Below, piece by piece: positions 1-7,324 of a stretch of DNA of 7,505 nucleotides. The translations under genes were made by a program, and so were the position numbers. Numbering within the stretch: position 1 is the stretch's first letter; the number at the start of each line of letters is the position of its first letter. Origin of the DNA: Amoebidium appalachense (taxonomy: Eukaryota; Protista; Ichthyosporea); contig CAVNZM010000108.1 of the NCBI GenBank assembly GCA_963693365.1, positions 1 through 7,505 of the forward strand, given 5' to 3'. The notes under the pieces are model-generated. The model saw nothing but the letters and a program-made list of their open reading frames with translations. It did not search any database and was not told the DNA's origin.

Positions 1-46
1 CTAGTGGGGGAGGCACACACGTAGGGGAGGAACACCCACTGTGCGT

Positions 47-530
47 TGATTGGCCAGGGAAGTATGTGGGATAGTCGGGGCGAAAGAGCAGGAATATGCA
101 CGCGGGTGATTGGATGGCGGAGAGAGGTGCAGAGGAGTGCAGGGGCAACGTATCGGGTCAGAGGAAGAGCGGGAAGAGAGATCGAGCCGGGTCAAGGGAA
201 GCATGCGAGCCGGGTCAAGGGAAGCGTGCAAAAGGAAGAGAACGAGCCAAGAGAGCGGAGAGGGGAGAAATGGAGAAAGGGGGAAAGGGGGGGGGATTAC
301 CTGATTGGTCGCCCATTGTAGTCATTCCCACCAATGGAGTAACAGCACCATTAGCTAGAAAAAGCTAAGATGAAATAACCAAAAATGGAAGGCTTTCTGC
401 TCAGGAAGGTAAAAAAAACGGCTCAACCCATCACCCCGATTGCAGGATTTGATTGTGGGACAGTTGTGGGAGATAGCGGTAGAAACTTTTTTGCCAATCA
501 AAACTGATAACACGATAACATCTGCTTATC
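47..530. promoter_or_regulatory. Putative promoter-like region with clustered CCAAT boxes and GATA motifs
   Basis: TGATTGG (reverse CCAATCA) with ATTGG at 49-53, 109-113 and 304-308; CCAAT at 331-335 and CCAATCA at 494-500; GATAA at 506 and 514, TTATC at 526-530. CCAATCA is the established NF-Y core. Function here is inferred only. Confidence 0.35.
183..229 (+). repeat. Tandem 23-bp direct repeat CGAGCCGGGTCAAGGGAAGC(A/G)TG x2
   Basis: Copies at 183-205 and 206-228 differ at one base (203 a vs 226 g). Read directly from the sequence. Confidence 0.95.
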
Positions 531-1110
531 ACAAAGTAATCACAACGAGGACGATTAGAACGAAACAGGAATAACGGTTCCATATATTACTTGCGGAGGT
601 TTTCCCAAGTCGACTTTCTGTCTACATATTTTACACATCGCTCATGCGCTTCAAAGAACGAGTAAGGAGCAGACAGGGCTGGTCTCGAGCTCTTCAGCAC
701 ACAGCACACACCTAGTTTTGGACGGCGTTCTTTTCGCGGGTTAACGCAACAGCTTTAAGGTGTTGTTTATTTTGGGGCTGCATCTTGGGAGTGTTGGTAT
801 ATGGTGAACTGGTTCTGTTGTTGTTGCAAGTCACTCTCCATCGTCATCTACCACGCGTATTCAGACTTGCCTGTTATGTCCTATGCACCTGCGTCTGCAA
901 TTTTTTTTTTTATTTCGTGCCTCATGGGGAATATCTCCTGTTTGTTTCACAGGTTAACCTGGTAATGGCAGGCGTAAATGGATATTTGTCCCCTGGGTTG
1001 CCTCTGTGTGTGCTGCGTGCGTGTGTATACTTTTTTATGGGTAGAGGAGAAAGTCAAACGTAATGCTTCTCTTTTATTCTTATCTCTGCATGTGGTTGGC
1101 TTTGTGTTTT

Positions 1111-1300
1111 GGAGAGAGGGAATGAGGGAGGGAGGGAGGGGGGGGGGGGGGGGAGACAGAGAGAGAGAGAGAGACAGAGAGAGAGAGAGAGAAAGAAAGA
1201 GAGATGGAGAGAGTGAGGGAGTGAGGGAACGGCACCGAGAAAGAGGAGGGGAATGAGGTACTCCAGAGACGCAGGGGGCTTGGGGGGGGGGGGGGGGAGG
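1111..1300 (+). repeat. Polypurine tract: (GGGA)n, G16 (1138-1153), (GA)n microsatellite and G16 (1282-1297)
   Basis: Seen directly in the sequence. Confidence 0.95.
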
Positions 1301-1505
1301 CCTAACCCTGCTCCTCTCTCTGTTCCTTCCCTCTCTGATGTTGTCTTCGTGTTTGTTATTCTCCAACTTCTTCTCCTGTTTTTCGCAACAGTAAATTTGT
1401 GCTGGTCCTCTTCGTCTCTTCCTCACAAATCCCCACGGAGGACCCCCTGCTCTCCCAGACATAGCTGTACGAACGAGCGTCCCCACGTATATTTTGCACC
1501 GTTCG

Positions 1506-1507
<2 letters not shown>

Positions 1508-1536
<29 letters not shown>
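1508..1536 (+). repeat. Poly-C homopolymer (29 nt)
   Basis: Seen directly. This is the first of many + strand poly-C tracts; the next is 1741-1766. Confidence 0.95.
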
Positions 1537-1538
<2 letters not shown>

Positions 1539-2377
1539 AAGGCCCCGGTGGCCTAGTCTTCAAACAGAAGTGCCATCATCCTTTCTCTTTTCTTTCTGGC
1601 TGCTGATTGCTTTGTGTCTGTCCCCCTCCCTTGTGCTACCACCACCCGCTTTCTCCCTCGTTCAGCAGTTATCGATTTTGATGACTGCTGGCATCCAGTT
1701 GTTGCAGTCCTCATGTTCGCGGCAAACGTTTTTACTTTTGCCCCCCCCCCCCCCCCCCCCCCCCCCTATCCCCCCGTTTCCACTCTTCTGCCTATTGCAA
1801 TCATTCCTGCCTTCTTCCTAAGCTCACCCTCTCCACCCCACCCCTCCCCTTCTGCGTATTATACTGGTCTTCATTTTGGGGTTCTAAATAACCCCCCTCC
1901 CCCCTCCCCTTCGTCAGGTGTATGTTTTATTTGTATGTCTCGCATACTCTGCCTTTGAACCGTGTTAGTATTCTACGTGGCTCTTAAGCTTTTACCTGCT
2001 TCAACTGCCATCCTCCCAATGGGTCCTATATAAATATCTCTTGCCTGAACAATTTTTATTTACTGGTTTTTGCCTTTATGTTTTTTGTGTATATGATTCT
2101 GAATTCCTTTGCCTCGGCAAGTTCCCCTCTCTAACGCATATACCTCCCCCCCCCCCTCTCCCTCTCGGCATTCATTGCCGTGGAAACGGACACGGCACTC
2201 ATTCCTTAAACATATACACCGACCCAAAAATCAAGGCCCCACACGTACACAGATGCGCAAACACATTAGCTCCGATGTACCTCATATGCACACACACCAC
2301 ATACACACAAAAATGTGTGCAGGCATAGGCTCACTCGCACTCGCACTCGTACGTGCACACACAAACACCACACACAA

Positions 2378-2585
2378 ACACACACACACACACACACACA
2401 CACATTATAAATATATATATGCACACCAACAGCGAAAAGAACACCCAGACCCCTTCCGTACTATGGTCCAGCGATATCGTGCTTCTTCCATGATCCCTTT
2501 GCTCTCTCTCTCTCTCTCTCTCCCCCCCCCCCCCCTCCCCTCCCCAAACCCACCTTCCCCTCTCCGGACACACCACACACGAACA

Positions 2586-2634
<49 letters not shown>

Positions 2635-2790
2635 AATATATATATATATATATATATATGCACACCAGCACCGAAAAGAACATCCAGACCCCCCCCCCCC
2701 CCCGTATTATGGTCCAGTCCCCCCCCCCCCCCCCCCCCAAACTCTCCACTTACCCTTCCCCTCGCACACCACAAACGATCACGCGGGCAG
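2378..2790 (+). repeat. Diverged ~240-bp tandem duplication: (CA)n-(TA)n-GCACACCA..GAAAAGAACA.CCAGACCCC..CCGTA.TATGGTCCAG-polyC
   Basis: Unique parts 2421-2471 and 2660-2717 align with few substitutions. Each is preceded by (CA)n then (TA)n and followed by poly-C, CCAAAC and CACACCACA.ACGA.CAC. Confidence 0.85.
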
Positions 2791-2880
2791 CCACCAAAAG
2801 GCAGACAAAGCACACACACACACACACACGCGCACGCACACACACACACACATACACACATACACACACACACACACACA

Positions 2881-2973
2881 GGACTACGACACATACAGCT
2901 ATTGACAGCAGGAGCAGGTCGGGACCCCTAGGTTATGGCCGGTCAGTGAGGTAATTGCTTGCAGGCATTTGGC
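2881..2973 (+). repeat. Array core, copy A
   Basis: GGACTACGACACATACAGCTATTGACAGCAGGAGCAGGTCGGGACCCCTAGGTTATGGCCGGTCAGTGAG|GTAATTGCTTGCAGGCATTTGGC, directly after (CA)n. Confidence 0.95.
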
Positions 2974-3464
2974 GGAGCCTCCCCCCCTTCCCCCCCCCCC
3001 CCCCCCCCCCTCCCCCCAACTATCTCCAACTCCCTCTTCCCCTCTCTCTTCCACCTTTGAACCTTTCCACGTTTCTATGCACAGACAGCCCCCCCCCCCC
3101 CCCTTCCCGGACACACATAAAAGGAAGGCACAACACACGCAACCCCCTCCCCCCCCCCCCCCCCCCTTCCTCCCCCCTGTAATCCGTAACCTCTTCTACC
3201 TTTCCACCTTTGTACCTTTCTATCCTTTACGTCTCCTAACGTGTTGCCCCATTTTGTCCCCTCTCATTCAATCAGTATTTATCATATCTTCTCTCCGTTC
3301 ATCCCCCTCCCCCTCTCCAAGGCTCAAGCCCGGTGTGCGCACATGCATCCTTACTTCCTTCCACGTGCCTTTTCCTTTCTCCCTTGCTATTTTTACCTTT
3401 GTACAACTCTACCTTTATACCTTTACATTTTGTACCTTTCAATCCTTTACGGCTCCAATCACCC

Positions 3465-3616
3465 AGGGGAATAGGTCGAAACTCGGGTACTGTGGATGAC
3501 GTGGGCCCCCCCTGAGGATGGGCTCTGCTTATTATGCATACTCTTTATGTATGGCTTGCATTCGCATCGTGTTATCCGTTTGTTCTTGTGTACTTCGTAC
3601 TTTTTGACGCATTCAA
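3465..3616. mobile_element. 152-bp unit-specific insertion inside a poly-C tract (possible truncated mobile element or filler DNA)
   Basis: Present between AATCACCC and poly-C here. Absent at the equivalent sites near 4500, 5415 and 6885. Richer in G/T than its flanks. No clear TIR or TSD. Confidence 0.4.
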
Positions 3617-3620
3617 CCCC

Positions 3621-3651
<31 letters not shown>

Positions 3652-3798
3652 ACACTTACACACCCCTCCCCGCCTCTCACTTAATATTTATCATTTCTTC
3701 TCCCCCTTCCCTCCCCCTCTCCACCCACACCTCCCCTCGCACACCACACACGATCATGTGGGCAGCCACAAAAAGGCATGCACCCACCCACCCACCCA

Positions 3799-3836
<38 letters not shown>

Positions 3837-3838
<2 letters not shown>

Positions 3839-3929
3839 ACTACGACACATACAGCTATTGACAGCAGGGGCAGGTCGGGACCCCTAGGTTATGGCTGGTA
3901 AGTGAGGTATTTGCTTGCAGGCATTTGGC
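3837..3929 (+). repeat. Array core, copy B
   Basis: Near-identical to A; has GCTG-GTAAGT at 3894-3903. Confidence 0.95.
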
Positions 3930-4524
3930 CGAGCCTCCCCCCCTTTCCACCCCTCCCCCAGCTATCTCCAACTCCCTCTTCTTTTCCCCTCTCTCTTGCA
4001 CCTTGAACCTGTCCACATTTCTATGCACAGACAGCCTCCCCCTCCCCCCTCCCCTCCCCCCTCCCCCCCCCCCCCCCCCCTCCCCCAAACCCACACACAC
4101 ACACACCATCGGTTGTGTCTGTCTCTGTGGATACATCTACAGGCTCTCTTTTACGAACCCCCCCCCCCCCCCCCCCCCCCTCCTTCCCGGACACACATAA
4201 AAGGAAGGCACAACACACGCAACCCCCCCCCCCCCCCCCTTCCTCCCCCCTGTAATCCGTAACCTCTTCTACCTTTCCACCTTTGTATCTTTCTATCCTT
4301 TACGTCTCCTAACGTGTTGCCCCCCTTTGTCCCCTCTCATTCAATCAGTATTTACCATATCTTCTCCCCGTTCATCCCCCTCCCCCTCTCCAAGGCTCAA
4401 GCCCGGTGTGCGCACATGCATCCTTACTTCCTTCCACGTATACAACTCTACCTTTATACCTTTACATTTTGTACCTTTCAATCCTTTACGGCACAATCAC
4501 CCCCCCCCCCTTCCCCCCCCCCCC

Positions 4525-4555
<31 letters not shown>

Positions 4556-4687
4556 ACACACACACCCCTCCCCGCCTCTCACTCAATATTTATCATTTCT
4601 TCTCCCCCTTCCCTCCCCCCTCTCCACCCACACCTCCCCTCGCACACCACACACGATCATGTGGGCAGCCACAAAAAGGCATGCACC

Positions 4688-4743
<56 letters not shown>

Positions 4744-4745
<2 letters not shown>

Positions 4746-4836
4746 ACTACGACACATACAGCTATTGACAGCAGGGGCAGGTCGGGACCCCTAGGTTATG
4801 GCTGGTAAGTGAGGTATTTGCTTGCAGGCATTTGGC
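4744..4836 (+). repeat. Array core, copy C
   Basis: Identical to B by eye. Confidence 0.95.
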
Positions 4837-5422
4837 CGAGCCTCCCCCCTTTCCACCCCTCCCCCAGCTATCTCCAACTCCCTCTTCTTTTCCCCTCTCT
4901 CTTGCACCTTGAACCTGTCCACATTTCTATGCACAGACAGCCTCCCCCTCCCCCCCCCCCTCCCCTCCCCCCCTCCCCCCCCCCCCCCCTCCCCCAAACC
5001 CACACACACACACACCATCGGTTGTGTCTGTCTCTGTGGATACATCTACAGGCTCTCTTTTACGAACCCCCCCCCCCCCCCCCCCCCCCCTCCTTCCCGG
5101 ACACACATAAAAGGAAGGCACAACACACGCCAACCCCCCCCCCCCCCCCCCCCCTTCCTCCCCCTGTAATCCGTAACCTCTTCTACCTTTCCACCTTTGT
5201 ATCTTTCTATCCTTTACGTCTCCTAACGTGTTGCCCCCCTTTGTCCCCTCTCATTCAATCAGTATTTACCATATCTTCTCCCCGTTCATCCCCCTCCCCC
5301 TCTCCAAGGCTCAAGCCCGGTGTGCGCACATGCATCCTTACTTCCTTCCACGTATACAACTCTACCTTTATACCTTTACATTTTGTACCTTTCAATCCTT
5401 TACGGCTCCAATCACCCCCCCT

Positions 5423-5460
<38 letters not shown>

Positions 5461-5593
5461 ACACACACACATACACACCCCTCCCCGCCTCTCACTCAAT
5501 ATTTATCATTTCTTCTCCCCCTTCCCTCTCCCTCTCCACCCACACCTCCCCTCGCACACCACACACGATCATGTGGGCAGCCACAAAAGGCAT

Positions 5594-5644
<51 letters not shown>

Positions 5645-5646
<2 letters not shown>

Positions 5647-5737
5647 ACTACGACACATACAGCTATTGACAGCAGGGGCAGGTCGGGACCCCTAGGTTAT
5701 GGCTGGTCAGTGAGGTATTTGCTTGCAGGCATTTGGC
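5645..5737 (+). repeat. Array core, copy D
   Basis: Same as B/C except GTCAGT in place of GTAAGT. Confidence 0.95.
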
Positions 5738-6219
5738 CGAGCCTCCTCCCCTTTCCACCCCCTCCCCCAGCTATCTCCAACTCCCTCTTCTTTTCCCCTC
5801 TCTCTTGCACCTTGAACCTTTCCACATTTCTATGCACAGACAGTCCCCCCCCTCCCCCCCCCTCCCTCCCCCCCCCCCTCCCCCCAAACCCACACACACA
5901 CACACCATCGGTTGTGTCTGTCTCTGTGGATACATCTACAGGCTCTCTTTTACGAACCCCCCCCCCCCCCCCCCCCCCCCCCCGGACACACATACACGGA
6001 AGACACAACACACACAACCACTCCCTCCCCCTCGAATCCGTAACCTCTTCTACCTTTCCACGCACACACACCCGCTTCTCATTCTATATTTATCATCCCC
6101 CCTACCCCCCCCCCCCCCCCCCGGGATCCCCCCCCGATCCCCCCCCTCGCCATTCACACCTCCCCTCGCACACCACACACGATAATTTGGGTAGCCACAA
6201 GCAGGCATGCACACACACA

Positions 6220-6257
<38 letters not shown>

Positions 6258-6259
<2 letters not shown>

Positions 6260-6353
6260 GCTACGGCACATACAGCAATCGACAGCAGGAAAAGGCAAGG
6301 CCCCTAGGTTATGGCTGGTCAGTAAGGTAATCAATCGCCTGCAGGCAATTGGC
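6258..6353 (+). repeat. Array core, copy E (diverged)
   Basis: GGGCTACGGCACATACAGCAATCGACAGCAGGAAAAGGCAAGGCCCCTAGGTTATGGCTGGTCAGTAAG|GTAATCAATCGCCTGCAGGCAATTGGC. Confidence 0.9.
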
Positions 6354-6503
6354 ATTTGCCCCCCCCCCCCTCCCCCCACCCCACCCCCCTACTCTCACAC
6401 ACTTATACGTGCACGTAGGCACACACACACCCACACACACACACACAATCTGTTCCACCTTTCCACCTTTGTACCTTTTTTCTATCCTGTACGTCTTCTA
6501 TGA

Positions 6504-6538
<35 letters not shown>

Positions 6539-6726
6539 TCATTCGATATTTATCTTATCTTCTCCCCTCCTCACCCCCCCCCACCTGCAAGAGCACAATC
6601 ACGGTGTGTGAACATGAATGCATGCGATACGGACACACCAACACGACATACAGCCCCATATTATCTTGTGCCATTTTCCTGCTCCCTTGCTACTTTTCAA
6701 CGTTTTACAACTCTACCATTATACCT

Positions 6727-6862
6727 ACCTTTACACCTTTGTACCTTTATACTTTAGTACCTTTACACCTTAATACCTTTATACCTTTGTTACTTTAGAC
6801 CTTAATACCTTTATACCTTTGTTACTTTAGACCTTCGTACCTTTATGCCTTTGCACCTTTCT
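6727..6862 (+). repeat. 8-bp-period minisatellite, consensus ACCTTT(A/G)(T/C), 17 units, with an internal 32-bp duplication
   Basis: Units stay in exact 8-bp register from 6727 to 6862; 6767-6798 is identical to 6799-6830. Confidence 0.92.
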
Positions 6863-6903
6863 ATCCTCCACGTCTCCTACCACCCCTCCCCCCCCCCCCC
6901 CCT

Positions 6904-6909
<6 letters not shown>

Positions 6910-6967
<58 letters not shown>

Positions 6968-7045
6968 GTTCCTCGTTCAATATTTATCATAACATCTCTC
7001 CCCGCTCTCTACCCACACCTTCCATCGCACACCACATACGAGCAG

Positions 7046-7095
<50 letters not shown>

Positions 7096-7191
7096 GTTCC
7101 TCGTTCAATATTTATCATAACATCTCTCCCCCTCTCTACCCACACCTTCCATCGCACACCACATACGATCTTGCGAGCAGCCACAAACAGG

Positions 7192-7230
<39 letters not shown>
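6910..7230 (+). repeat. 128-bp tandem duplication bounded by (CA)n tracts
   Basis: CCCGTTCCTCGTTCAATATTTATCATAACATCTCTCCCC..CTCTCTACCCACACCTTCCATCGCACACCACATACG starts at 6965 and again at 7093. Confidence 0.93.
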
Positions 7231-7231
<1 letters not shown>

Positions 7232-7233
<2 letters not shown>

Positions 7234-7324
7234 GCTACAACACTGCAGCTATCGACAGAGGGAGAAGTTGGAGGCCCCTAGGTTATGGCCGGTCGGTGTA
7301 AGGTGATTGCTTGCAAGCAATTAG
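7232..7324 (+). repeat. Array core, copy F (diverged)
   Basis: TGGCTACAACACTGCAGCTATCGACAGAGGGAGAAGTTGGAGGCCCCTAGGTTATGGCCGGTCGGTGTAAG|GTGATTGCTTGCAAGCAATTAG. Confidence 0.9.

Larger units (their letters stand above)
760..1925 (+). other. Possible exon/intron architecture of a spliced + strand transcript (no recognisable product)
   Basis: Pyrimidine tract + CAG acceptor-like sites ending at 952, 1391 and 1665/1668; donor-like GT at 760 (aag|gtgttg), 962 (ctg|gtaatg), 1487 (cac|gtatat) and 1918 (cag|gtgtat). No joined ORF I recognise. Confidence 0.25.

Noticed and set aside
1-360. Helitron 3' end suggested by CTAG at 1-4 or 355-358
   Set aside because: There is no GC-rich subterminal hairpin at the expected distance. 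AATGG..CCATT (333-352) is only 5 bp.
1865-1920. Minus-strand CTGACGA (1911-1917), and CTGAAGA at 691-697, as hammerhead cores
   Set aside because: Neither has a properly placed stem II followed by GAAA.
1931-1975. Homology between this segment and the 3465-3616 insert (shared GCATACTCT and CGTGTTA)
   Set aside because: Only two short words with different spacing in T-rich sequence, which is compatible with chance.
2881-2973. Core as tRNA, 5S rRNA, U snRNA, C/D snoRNA, or HDV/twister ribozyme
   Set aside because: I see no cloverleaf or A/B boxes, no RTGATGA/CTGA terminal pair, and no recognisable catalytic consensus on either strand by eye. An Rfam cmscan is still needed to exclude these formally.
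3474-3525. Hammerhead ribozyme from GAAAC-TCGG-GTA (3478-3489) plus CTGAGGA (3512-3518)
   Set aside because: Both core strands occur in type II order, but stem I (CTGTGG vs CCCCCC) and stem II (AGGTC vs TGGGC) do not pair. At most this is a broken remnant.
6727-6862. Telomeric or interstitial telomeric repeat
   Set aside because: ACCTTTRY (reverse RYAAAGGT) does not match TTAGGG, TTTAGGG or TTTTAGGG types, and it derives from a motif internal to the array units.
2925-7293. CRISPR array based on the recurring 19-nt motif
   Set aside because: Spacing is 600-970 bp, the intervening sequences are homologous to each other rather than unique spacers, and there are no cas genes.
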